From Gemmatimonadota bacterium (GTDB lineage: Bacteria; Gemmatimonadota; Gemmatimonadetes; Gemmatimonadales; Gemmatimonadaceae), in assembly GCA_031372565.1 (NCBI GenBank), contig JANMLN010000002.1:1-64000 (forward strand): a DNA stretch of 64,000 nucleotides. The letters run 5' to 3'. The translations under genes and the position numbers were made by a program. Under the pieces are notes generated by a model. The model ran no database searches. It was given only the letters and a program-made list of their open reading frames with translations, and had not been told where the DNA came from. This document shows positions 17,888-26,596 of the stretch, piece after piece; position 1 is the first letter of the stretch, and every line of letters begins with the position of its first letter.

Positions 17888-18556
17888 TCACCGCGGACGT
17901 CGTTCCGGAGGTGGCCCCTTCGGCCGCTCACCCGGAGGCGGCCCTCGGCGACCATCCGGCGGCGGTCCGTCGAACGGCGGCGGTCCCATGCCATCTGGTG
18001 GCGGTCCGCGGAACTCGCCCGGTGGACCACGACGATCCTCGGGCCGCCCATCCTCTCCGTGCATCCCCGGCGGGCCGCCACGCCGCATCGAGCGCCCCTG
18101 CCCCGGCATGGGCAGGAAGCCACGCTGCGGCTTGGTCGCCTCGTACAGCTTCAGCTGCTCTGGTGTGAGCAGTGCGCCGATGGCGTCGAAGGTGGAATCC
18201 GTGATGGCGCGCAGCCGCGGCAGCACGCCGGCCATCACCGAATCGGCCTTGCGGCGCTGCACTTCCATCAGCGCGCGGATCGCCAACCGCTGCGAGTCGG
18301 TCGGGTTGAGTTGCTCGAAGTAGCGCGGCACGCGCAACGAGTCGTCGCGCGTCCGCGGCTCGGGCCGGCGCGGAGGACCGTTCTGCGGACCATCGGGACC
18401 CTCGCCCTCTGGCGGCCGCATCCCGAACGGCGGCGGACCATGTTGGCGGGTGCGCTCGAAGGCGACACCGAGCGCGGCCCCCGTGCCGAACACGACCGCC
18501 AGGATCAGGAACGCCTGCCACTGGATGCGCGCGATTGCCGAAACAGGTTCGTTCAT
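17888..18556 (-). CDS. Membrane-anchored Spy/CpxP-like (LTXXQ) protein with Gly/Pro-rich repeats
   Basis: N-terminal TM segment; LNPTDSQ and LTPEQ motifs; GPP repeats; third gene of the ECF operon. Confidence 0.7.
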   Translation of the reverse strand: MNEPVSAIARIQWQAFLILAVVFGTGAALGVAFERTRQHGPPPFGMRPPEGEGPDGPQNGPPRRPEPRTRDDSLRVPRYFEQLNPTDSQRLAIRALMEVQRRKADSVMAGVLPRLRAITDSTFDAIGALLTPEQLKLYEATKPQRGFLPMPGQGRSMRRGGPPGMHGEDGRPEDRRGPPGEFRGPPPDGMGPPPFDGPPPDGRRGPPPGERPKGPPPERRPR

Positions 18557-18942
18557 GGCGTGCTCCCTGCCACGGCCGGGCTCACGCCCTCGACCACGCT
18601 CGCGTACGCGCTCGGCACCCCGAGCCACTCGGCGACGGAGGCCGAATCGCTGAGCGTCGAGGCAGGCGCGGACGCCACGCTCAGGCTCGTACTGCTCGAC
18701 GACCGCTGCGGCACGACGAACAGCGCCAGCGCCGCGGCGGCCGCGAGTCCGGAGAAGCTCAGCACAGGGCGGCGCCACTGCACGACGATGAGCGAGAGCG
18801 TCGGCTTCGCGCGCCGCCGTTGGAGTTCACGCGTGCTCGCGCGCATGATGGCGGCGACGCCCGCGTCGAACCGGAGAACATCGAGCGGCGCTCCGAGGGC
18901 AGACATGTCGATCGGATCAGGGGTGGGTTCATCAGGCGACAT
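18553..18942 (-). CDS. Putative single-pass anti-sigma factor
   Basis: Overlaps the sigma stop codon; one TM segment (LAAAAALALFVV). Confidence 0.6.
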   Translation of the reverse strand: MSPDEPTPDPIDMSALGAPLDVLRFDAGVAAIMRASTRELQRRRAKPTLSLIVVQWRRPVLSFSGLAAAAALALFVVPQRSSSSTSLSVASAPASTLSDSASVAEWLGVPSAYASVVEGVSPAVAGSTP

Positions 18943-19495
18943 CGGAACTCCCGAGCAGGCGGCGCATCGTCTTGCGCGCCGCGAAGAGGTGTTGCTGCGA
19001 CATCCCGACCGAACAGCCGACGCGCCGGGCGATCTCGCCATGCGAGAACCCGTCACGATCGAAGAAGAGGAGCACGGCGCGCTGCATCGTCGTCAGTTGG
19101 TCGAGGGCGGTCGAGAGGCGCACGCGAAGCTCGGCGTTCTCGGCATCCCTGGCGGGGTTGGACTTGCCGACAGGGTCGATCTCGTCGAGCGGTTCGGCCT
19201 TGCGTACGCGTTGCTTGTCGCGCAGGTCGTGCGCCACGTTGCGCACGATCTGGTGGAGCCACGCGCTGAAGCGCGCCGGGTCGCGGCACTGCTCCAGCCG
19301 TTCGAGGGCGCGCACGAAGGCATCCTGCGTGATGTCCTCGGCGTCCTGCGGATCGCGCATCGCCTGCTGCGCGACGACCAGCGTCGCGCGGTAGTGACGG
19401 CGCACGAGCAACTCGAACGCAGCGGCATCACCGCCACGGCTACGTGCCACGAGATCGGCATCGGATTCCTCAGTCACCGCGCCCGGCGGTCGCAA
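18932..19495 (-). CDS. ECF RNA polymerase sigma factor
   Basis: GDAAAFELLVRRH, DAEDITQDAF, FSAWLHQIVRN, FSHGEIARRVG; start either TTG 19495 or the nearby GTG. Confidence 0.92.
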   Translation of the reverse strand: MRPPGAVTEESDADLVARSRGGDAAAFELLVRRHYRATLVVAQQAMRDPQDAEDITQDAFVRALERLEQCRDPARFSAWLHQIVRNVAHDLRDKQRVRKAEPLDEIDPVGKSNPARDAENAELRVRLSTALDQLTTMQRAVLLFFDRDGFSHGEIARRVGCSVGMSQQHLFAARKTMRRLLGSSDVA

Positions 19496-19831
19496 GGGTT
19501 CCGAGGGCGCGCATCAGGTTGGCCACGTCCACCGCGAGCCGCGGCGAGGCGTGATATGGTCCCTGGAGCGAGGGCGGACGTACTTCCTTGTTGCGGCCCC
19601 ATCTGTCTGCCGTGATCATCATGCGTGAACGGTGGCGAGTCGGACGTACATGTGCCAGTCCGTGCCGTGGCGTTCGGCGAGACCACTGGCCTGGGGCGGG
19701 TCAACTGGCGCATGGGGGAGCAGGTGCGGGTGGCTGCTGCCTAGACGGGGAGCCCGCCTCCGACCTTAGTGGGGCGATCTTCTGCCTGCGTCTGGCGGCG
19801 TGTGGGGTCCGGGAGGCACTTTCCCCGGGCG

Positions 19832-20365
19832 ATGCATCCCCAACTGTCCGCCTGGCTTGGCGAGCTCGACGCCTGCACCGCGCACGCTCGCCGACTGGCC
19901 GAGCGCGCGGGGGATTCGGGGTTTGCGCGTCGTCCGCCAAGCGGACGCTGGAGCCTGGGCGAGCATCTCGCACACCTGAACCTCACCACCGAGGCGTACC
20001 TGCCGGTGTTGGAGCGCGTACACGCTGCCCAAGCGACCGCTCCGCGCGATGAGCGCCGCTCCTATCGCCGGGACTGGCTCGGCGCGTTCCTCTGCTGGAC
20101 CCTCGAGCCACCGGTGCGGTACCGCTTCAAGACACCGCCCGCCTTTGTGCCCCAGAGCGATGCGCCGCGTGCGCAGGTTCTGGCCGCCTTCGAGCACTTG
20201 AACGCACAGTTGGCGCGCTGTGTCTCGAGCCTCAGCGGACTCGACCTGAACGGATCACGCATCGTGTCCCCCTTCGCCGCGAGCACGACATACAACGCCT
20301 GGGCCGCGATCACGGTGCTGACCGTGCACCAACGGCGGCATTTGTGGCTCGCTGCGCATCCATGA
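19832..20365 (+). CDS. DinB-family protein
   Basis: WSLGEHLAHL...HQRRHLW. Confidence 0.8.
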   Translation: MHPQLSAWLGELDACTAHARRLAERAGDSGFARRPPSGRWSLGEHLAHLNLTTEAYLPVLERVHAAQATAPRDERRSYRRDWLGAFLCWTLEPPVRYRFKTPPAFVPQSDAPRAQVLAAFEHLNAQLARCVSSLSGLDLNGSRIVSPFAASTTYNAWAAITVLTVHQRRHLWLAAHP

Positions 20366-20435
20366 CGTCCGGCATGACGTCGGTATCCCACTCATCGCTG
20401 TCTCCGGCTGTCTCCCTTCACGTGCACACCACGCC

Positions 20436-22019
20436 ATGACCATCCTGACGAGCCCCTTCCCCGACGTCGCGATACCGGACCTGACACTGGTGGACTACGT
20501 CTTCCAGCACGCAGCCCGTCTCAAGGACAAACCCGCGATCACCTGTGGCATGACCGGACGGAGCTACACGTTCGGCCAGCTGCACGGCGCCATCCGCGCC
20601 TGTGCGGCGGGTTTGCATGCGCGCGGCATCGGACGCGGCGACGTGGTCGGGCTCGTGAGCCCGAACGTGCCGGAGTACGCCATCGCCTTCATGGCCCCCA
20701 CGCTGCTGGGCGCGTGCGCGAGCACGGTCAACCCGGTGGCCACCGCCGACGAGATCGCGGCGCAATTCAAGGACTCGCACGCCAAGATCATCGTGACGAT
20801 CCCGATGTTCGCGGAGAAGTGCCTCGACGCCGCGGCCAAGTGCGGGGCACAGGAGGTGTACGTGTTCGGCGAGGCGCCGGGCTGCACGCCGTTCATGTCG
20901 CTCATCCGGCCGGACCTGCCCGTGCCGCACGTGACCATCGATCTCGACAACGACCTGTGCGTGCTGCCGTACTCCAGTGGCACGTCGGGCATCCCCAAGG
21001 GGGTGATGCTCACGCATCGCAACGTCGTGGCCAACATGGAGCAGACGATCCACTCCGCCGTCTCGCTCTTCGAGGATGACGTCGTCATCGGCCTGCTCCC
21101 GTTCTTCCACATCTACGGCATGGTCGTGATCATGGCCGGCGTGCTCGTGCAGGGCGCATCGATCGTGACACTCCCCAAGTTCGAGCTCCCGAACTTCCTC
21201 GAGACGATCCAGAAGCATCGCATCACCGTGGCGAACATCGTTCCCCCGATCGTACTCGCGCTCGCCAAGCATCCGATCGTCGACAACTACGACCTGAGCT
21301 CGCTCCGCTTCCTCGGCTCCGGCGCGGCCCCGCTCGGCGAGGAACTCGCCAGCGCCGCAGAGAAGCGGCTCAAGATCATCGTCCGCCAAGGGTACGGACT
21401 CACCGAGACGAGCCCCGTGACGCATTTCCACCCGCTCGATGGACCGCGCGTGGAGCATGGCTCGATCGGGCCGCTGGTCGCCAACACCGAGGCGCGCATC
21501 GTGAACGTCGACACGGGCCAGGACGTGGCGGCCGGCGAGCGTGGCGAACTCTGGCTTCGCGGCCCGCAAGTCATGAAGGGCTACCTCAACAGGCCCGACG
21601 CGACTGCCCTGTGCATGACCGAGGACGGCTGGTTCAAGACGGGCGATGTTGCGATCGTCGACGAGACCGGGTGGTTCACGATCGTCGACCGCGTGAAGGA
21701 GCTGATCAAGTACAAGGGGATGCAGGTGGCGCCGGCCGAGCTCGAAGCGCATCTGCTCTCGCATCCCGCGATCGCCGACGCGGCCGTGATCCCCATTCCC
21801 GACGAGGAAGCGGGCGAGATCCCCAAGGCGTACGTCGTCATCCGGAGCCCGATCACGGGCGACGAGATCATGGCGTGGATCGCCGAGCGTGTGTCGCACT
21901 ACAAGAAGATCCGTGCGGTGGAGATCACCGACGCGATCCCGAAGAGCCCGTCAGGGAAGATTCTCCGGCGGTTTCTGGTCGACCGTGAGCGTCTTGCGCG
22001 CGAGGGGAAGGTGTCATGA
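20436..22019 (+). CDS. 4-coumarate--CoA ligase-family acyl-CoA synthetase
   Basis: LPYSSGTSGIPKGVMLTH, LPFFHIYG, QGYGLTE, GELWLRGPQVMKGY, DRVKELIKYKG, PKSPSGKILRR. Confidence 0.88.
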   Translation: MTILTSPFPDVAIPDLTLVDYVFQHAARLKDKPAITCGMTGRSYTFGQLHGAIRACAAGLHARGIGRGDVVGLVSPNVPEYAIAFMAPTLLGACASTVNPVATADEIAAQFKDSHAKIIVTIPMFAEKCLDAAAKCGAQEVYVFGEAPGCTPFMSLIRPDLPVPHVTIDLDNDLCVLPYSSGTSGIPKGVMLTHRNVVANMEQTIHSAVSLFEDDVVIGLLPFFHIYGMVVIMAGVLVQGASIVTLPKFELPNFLETIQKHRITVANIVPPIVLALAKHPIVDNYDLSSLRFLGSGAAPLGEELASAAEKRLKIIVRQGYGLTETSPVTHFHPLDGPRVEHGSIGPLVANTEARIVNVDTGQDVAAGERGELWLRGPQVMKGYLNRPDATALCMTEDGWFKTGDVAIVDETGWFTIVDRVKELIKYKGMQVAPAELEAHLLSHPAIADAAVIPIPDEEAGEIPKAYVVIRSPITGDEIMAWIAERVSHYKKIRAVEITDAIPKSPSGKILRRFLVDRERLAREGKVS

Positions 22020-25000
22020 TGCGCGCGGCCGCTGGTGCGCTGATGGTCATGGCGCTGTATGGCGCCGTGTCGGACGCACAGGGTCCCACGCGGCCGGATC
22101 CGCGCGAGGCACTCACGTGGCGCCCGATCGGTCCGTTTCGGGGCGGGCGCACCAAGTCCGCGGTCGGTGTACCGAGCAGACCGGGAACGTTCTACATCGG
22201 CGCGGTGAATGGCGGCATCTGGCGCACCACGGACTTCGGCCACACGTGGAAGCCGGTGGCCGACGCCATGACCAGTGGATCGATCGGTGCGCTCGACGTG
22301 TCGAAGTCGAACCCGAGCGTACTCTACGCCGGTAGCGGCGAGGGGATGCAGCGCCCCGACCTGTCGATCGGCAACGGGCTGTGGCGGAGCACGGATGACG
22401 CACGCACGTGGACGCACCTGGGGCTCGAGGATGCGCAGCAGATCACGCGGATCGTGATCGACCCGAAGAACCCGAACCGGCTCTTCATCGCGGTGCTCGG
22501 GCATCCGTACGGGCCCAACGTGGACCGGGGCATCTTCCGCTCGACGGACGGCGGTCGCACCATCGAGAAGGTGCTGTACCGGAACGAGAACACGGGGGCG
22601 GCCGAGGTGGTCATGAGTCCCGACGACCCCAACACGCTCTGGGCGGTACTCTGGGAATCGCGACAGGCGCCCTGGGAGAACGGCGTCTTTTCGGGACCGG
22701 GCTCGGGCCTGTTCAAGACCACGGACGGTGGAACGACGTGGACTCGCCAGACTGTCGGCCTCCCGACATTCGAACAGGACCAGCTTGGCCGCATCGGGCT
22801 CGCGGTGGCACCCGGCAATGCCAACCGGCTCTACGCCACCGTGGACGCGCGCAACGGCAAGGGCGGCATCTATCGCTCAGACGACGGTGGCGCATCATGG
22901 ACACGCACCACGAGCGACGATCGCGTGTGGGGGCGCGCATCGGATTTCGCCGCGCTCACGGTCGATCCGAAGAACCCCGACATCGTGTGGAGCGCGAACG
23001 TGGTGACCTGGCGCTCCACCGATGCCGGCGCGACGTGGACGGCGATGCACGGCGCACCCGGGGGCGACGACTATCAAGGGCTGTGGATCGACCCCAACAC
23101 GCCCCGCACGATGCTGCTGATCGCGGACCAGGGCGCGCTGGTGACGGTGAACGGCGGCGAGAGCTGGAGTTCCTGGTACAACCAGCCCACCGCCCAGTTC
23201 TACCATGTGATTGCCGACAACGCCTTCCCGTATCGCGTGTGCGGTGGACAGCAGGAGTCGGGCTCGGCCTGCGTGCTCTCGCGCGGGCCACTCGGCCAGA
23301 TCACGTTCCGCGACTGGAGCCCGGTGGGTGTGGACGAGTACGGCTACGTGGCGCCCGATCCGCTCGATCCCGACATCATCTACGGCGGACGCGTCACTCG
23401 CTGGGACCGCCGCACGGGCCAGGTCACCAACGTCGCGCCCAAGGCGTTTCGCTCGACCGACTATCGCACGCTGCGGACGGCCCCACTGCTCTTCTCGCCC
23501 GTCAACCCGCGCAAGCTCTACTTCGGCACCAACAGCGTGTGGGAGACGGTGAATGGGGGAACCGACTGGAGGCAGATCAGCCCGGATCTCACCCGACGCG
23601 ACTCGGTCGTGCCGCCCAACGTGGGTTCGTACGCTGCGCTCCCGGCGGCCACCGCGCGCCATCCCGGCGTCGTGTACACGCTGGCGCCGAGCCCGAAGTC
23701 GGAGCGCGTGCTGTGGGCCGGGACAGACGATGGCCTCATTCACGTGACCACGGACGCCGGGAGGAGCTGGACGAACGTCACGCCCGCGGGTCTCGTCCCC
23801 TGGGCCAAGGTGTCGATGCTGGAGGCTTCGCCGTTCGATGTGAAGACCGCCTACGCGGCGGTGAACACGATCCGGCTCGACGATCAGCGCCCGCAGCTCT
23901 GGCGGACGCGCGACGGTGGCCGCACATGGACGCGCATCAACGACGGCATCGGTCCAGGTACCACTGTGAACACGATCCGCGCCGACCGGAAGCGGGCAGG
24001 GCTGCTGTTTGCGGGCACCGAGCAGCAGGTCTTCGTGTCGTATGATGACGGCGATCGCTGGACGACGCTCCGACGCAACATGCCGGCAACGAGCATTCGC
24101 GATCTCTGGATCAAGGACGACGACCTGATTGCCGGGACGCACGGTCGCGGCTTCTGGATCCTCGATGACATCGCGCCGCTCAGGCAGCACGACGCACTGG
24201 CCAGCGGCGCGGTACTCTACGCGCCCTCACGCGCCACGCGTGTACGCAACAACCTCAACACCGATACACCGCTGCCGCAGGAGGAACCCGCCGCGCCCAA
24301 CCCGCCGGAAGGGGTGGCCATCGACTACTGGTTGCCGGCGGACGTGTCCGGCGTGGTCTCGCTGGAGATCGCCGACAACGCGGGCCGAGTACTCCGCCGC
24401 ATCGCAAGCGACGATCCGGCCGACGCACCGCTCGCTGGACGCAACATCCCCGACTACTGGATTCGTCCGTTCCAGCCGCTGCTGACGACCGCGGGGGCGC
24501 ATCGCTACACCTTCGACTTGCGGCATGCCGCACCGCGCGTGCCGTCGGCGCAGTACTCGATGGCTGCGGTCATCGGGGATACACCGCGAGAGCCGGGCGG
24601 GTCATGGATCCCCGCCGGGCGTTACGTGGTCACGCTTCGTGTCGGCGAACAGCCGACGTCTCAGCCGCTCGAGGTGCGCCTTGACCCGCGCGTGAAGACC
24701 CCCGCCGCGGGACTTGCCCGCATGTATCAGCTCTCCCGACAGCTCGACTCCGGCATCGCGCGCGCGGCGGAGGTGCTCGATGCCATCCGGCCACTTCGCG
24801 CCAAGGTGGTCGGCGCGCGCGACAAGGCGACCGGGCCGCTCGCCGACTCACTGAGGACGTTCGAGGATCGCCTCGGTCGCCTGGCAACTGCCGGTGCGAC
24901 CAGCGCACCATCTCTCGCGCGCATCCGCAGCGAGCTCGCGCAACTCTTCGCGTTGGTGGAGGAGGCGGACGCGGCCCCCACCACCGCCGTCACCACGGCG

Positions 25001-25123
25001 TCGCGCGAGAAGCTGTCCGACCTCGCCACACTCCTCGGCACGTGGAAAGCCGCACTCCGCACCGAGCTCCCCCGTCTCAACGTCCTGCTCACGGCAGCGG
25101 CGCTTCCCGAGATCACGCCCTGA
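22016..25123 (+). CDS. Secreted BNR/VPS10-repeat beta-propeller (putative glycosyl hydrolase)
   Basis: WRPIGPFRGGR; many S/T-x-D-G-G-x-T/S-W Asp-box repeats. Confidence 0.85.
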   Translation: MMRAAAGALMVMALYGAVSDAQGPTRPDPREALTWRPIGPFRGGRTKSAVGVPSRPGTFYIGAVNGGIWRTTDFGHTWKPVADAMTSGSIGALDVSKSNPSVLYAGSGEGMQRPDLSIGNGLWRSTDDARTWTHLGLEDAQQITRIVIDPKNPNRLFIAVLGHPYGPNVDRGIFRSTDGGRTIEKVLYRNENTGAAEVVMSPDDPNTLWAVLWESRQAPWENGVFSGPGSGLFKTTDGGTTWTRQTVGLPTFEQDQLGRIGLAVAPGNANRLYATVDARNGKGGIYRSDDGGASWTRTTSDDRVWGRASDFAALTVDPKNPDIVWSANVVTWRSTDAGATWTAMHGAPGGDDYQGLWIDPNTPRTMLLIADQGALVTVNGGESWSSWYNQPTAQFYHVIADNAFPYRVCGGQQESGSACVLSRGPLGQITFRDWSPVGVDEYGYVAPDPLDPDIIYGGRVTRWDRRTGQVTNVAPKAFRSTDYRTLRTAPLLFSPVNPRKLYFGTNSVWETVNGGTDWRQISPDLTRRDSVVPPNVGSYAALPAATARHPGVVYTLAPSPKSERVLWAGTDDGLIHVTTDAGRSWTNVTPAGLVPWAKVSMLEASPFDVKTAYAAVNTIRLDDQRPQLWRTRDGGRTWTRINDGIGPGTTVNTIRADRKRAGLLFAGTEQQVFVSYDDGDRWTTLRRNMPATSIRDLWIKDDDLIAGTHGRGFWILDDIAPLRQHDALASGAVLYAPSRATRVRNNLNTDTPLPQEEPAAPNPPEGVAIDYWLPADVSGVVSLEIADNAGRVLRRIASDDPADAPLAGRNIPDYWIRPFQPLLTTAGAHRYTFDLRHAAPRVPSAQYSMAAVIGDTPREPGGSWIPAGRYVVTLRVGEQPTSQPLEVRLDPRVKTPAAGLARMYQLSRQLDSGIARAAEVLDAIRPLRAKVVGARDKATGPLADSLRTFEDRLGRLATAGATSAPSLARIRSELAQLFALVEEADAAPTTAVTTASREKLSDLATLLGTWKAALRTELPRLNVLLTAAALPEITP

Positions 25124-25124
25124 C

Positions 25125-25625
25125 ATGTCGATCGAACTGACGCATCTCGCGCGTGTCTTCGCACGCGATATCGCCACGGCCAAGGCCGAAGTGCTGAAGT
25201 ATCCCGACGACGCCGCGCTCTGGACGATGCTACCGGGGCTCCCGAACGCGGGCGGTACCCTCGCGCTGCACCTGGCAGGCAACCTGCGGCACTTCATCGG
25301 AGCCGGCATCGGGCAGTCCGGCTACGTCCGCGACCGCGATGCGGAGTTCGCCGCGCGCGACGCCACCCGCGAGGAGATCGCGGCACGACTCGATGCCGCC
25401 GCGATCGAGGTCGCAGCGGCGCTGTCCAAGGTGCCGGCAGACTTCCTCGAGATCGCGCCTCCGCTCACGATGCCGGGCAAGGTGACGCTGACGGTTCCGA
25501 TGGCGCTCCTGCATCTCCTCACCCATCTCGCCTACCACATCGGTCAGCTCGACTATCACCGACGCATGGTGACGGGTGAGAGTGCCGGCGTTGGCGCGAT
25601 GAGCTTCGTCCCGCTCGCCGACTGA
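25125..25625 (+). CDS. DinB/DUF1572-family protein
   Basis: NAGGTLALHLAGNL, YVRDRDAEF, HLAYHIGQ. Confidence 0.82.
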   Translation: MSIELTHLARVFARDIATAKAEVLKYPDDAALWTMLPGLPNAGGTLALHLAGNLRHFIGAGIGQSGYVRDRDAEFAARDATREEIAARLDAAAIEVAAALSKVPADFLEIAPPLTMPGKVTLTVPMALLHLLTHLAYHIGQLDYHRRMVTGESAGVGAMSFVPLAD

Positions 25626-25633
25626 ACACGCGC

Positions 25634-26020
25634 ATGCCGCTCGCGCTGCTGCATGTCCCCGGACGCGTCGCGATCTGCCGCCTCGGGCCGACCGAGCCCG
25701 TGCCCTCGTGGGCCACGACTGGCGACTTCGTGAGCATCACGCGCACGCACGACGAGCTGAGTGTCGTCTGTAATGCGGCCGGCGTACCGGACAACATCCG
25801 CGCCGAGCGTGATCTCACGGCGCTACGGGTCGAAGGCACCCTCGAGCTCACCATGGTCGGCGTGCTGTCGGCGCTTGCGGCGCCACTCGCCACGGCTCGC
25901 ATTCCGATCTTCGTGGTCTCCACCTTCGACACCGACTGGCTGTTGATTCGCGAGTCGCACTATGACATCGCAACTCGAGTGCTGCGAGAGGCCGGCGTTG
26001 CGGTGCGCGAGTCTGCCTGA
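25634..26020 (+). CDS. ACT-domain (CASTOR-like) protein
   Basis: SITRTHDELSVV, VGVLSAL, IFVVSTFDTDWLLI. Confidence 0.88.
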   Translation: MPLALLHVPGRVAICRLGPTEPVPSWATTGDFVSITRTHDELSVVCNAAGVPDNIRAERDLTALRVEGTLELTMVGVLSALAAPLATARIPIFVVSTFDTDWLLIRESHYDIATRVLREAGVAVRESA

Positions 26021-26044
26021 TTCCCTTCCCCAACCGGTCACCGC

Positions 26045-26539
26045 ATGCGCCCGATTCTCCCTTGCTCACTGCTCGCTGCGCTTGCGTTGACCTGTCCCGT
26101 GTCCGCGCGTGCGCAGGTACCGGCGGATCGCACGCGGGCCGAGATTCTCGCGACCATCACGACCCTGTTCGACGCCATGCGACAGGCCGACTCGGCCAAG
26201 GCCCGGACCGTGCTGCACCCGAAGACGGTGCTGGTGAGCGCGTCGGAACGCCCGAATGGTGGCGGACCGGCGGTGTCCGTCGACCCGGTGAATGGGTGGC
26301 TGGCATCGATGGCGACGCCGCACGCCGAGGTGTACGACGAGCGGCTGCGCAACCCGATCGTGCAGGTGGACGGGAATCTGGCCAGCGTGTGGGTGGAGTA
26401 CGTGTTCTACATCGGCTCACGCCTGAGCCACTGCGGGGTCGACGCGTTTCAGTTGGCGCGGGATGCGACGGGCTGGAAGATCGTGGCGCTTGCCGACACG
26501 CGCCGACGCGCGGGATGCACGGAGATTCCGCCGGGATAG
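26045..26539 (+). CDS. Secreted NTF2/SnoaL-like protein
   Basis: Signal peptide; ASVWVEYVFYIGSRLSHCGVDAFQL...GWKI. Confidence 0.8.
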   Translation: MRPILPCSLLAALALTCPVSARAQVPADRTRAEILATITTLFDAMRQADSAKARTVLHPKTVLVSASERPNGGGPAVSVDPVNGWLASMATPHAEVYDERLRNPIVQVDGNLASVWVEYVFYIGSRLSHCGVDAFQLARDATGWKIVALADTRRRAGCTEIPPG

Positions 26540-26567
26540 CGCGGGGGGGGGCAGCGGAACTGCACAC

Positions 26568-26595
26568 GCAGGTCCTTCGCTGCGCTCAGGGCGAC
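26568..26595 (-). repeat. REP-like arm (partner arm degenerate)
   Basis: GCAGGTCCTTCGCTGCGCTCAGGGCGAC, 1 nt from the patatin stop codon. Confidence 0.85.
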
Positions 26596-26596
26596 G

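Noticed and set aside
19470..19831. Autoregulatory ECF promoter (GGAACC at 19503-19498) and small ORFs in the gap
   Set aside because: The implied -10 element overlaps the probable start codon, and the ORFs look non-coding; this cannot be supported.
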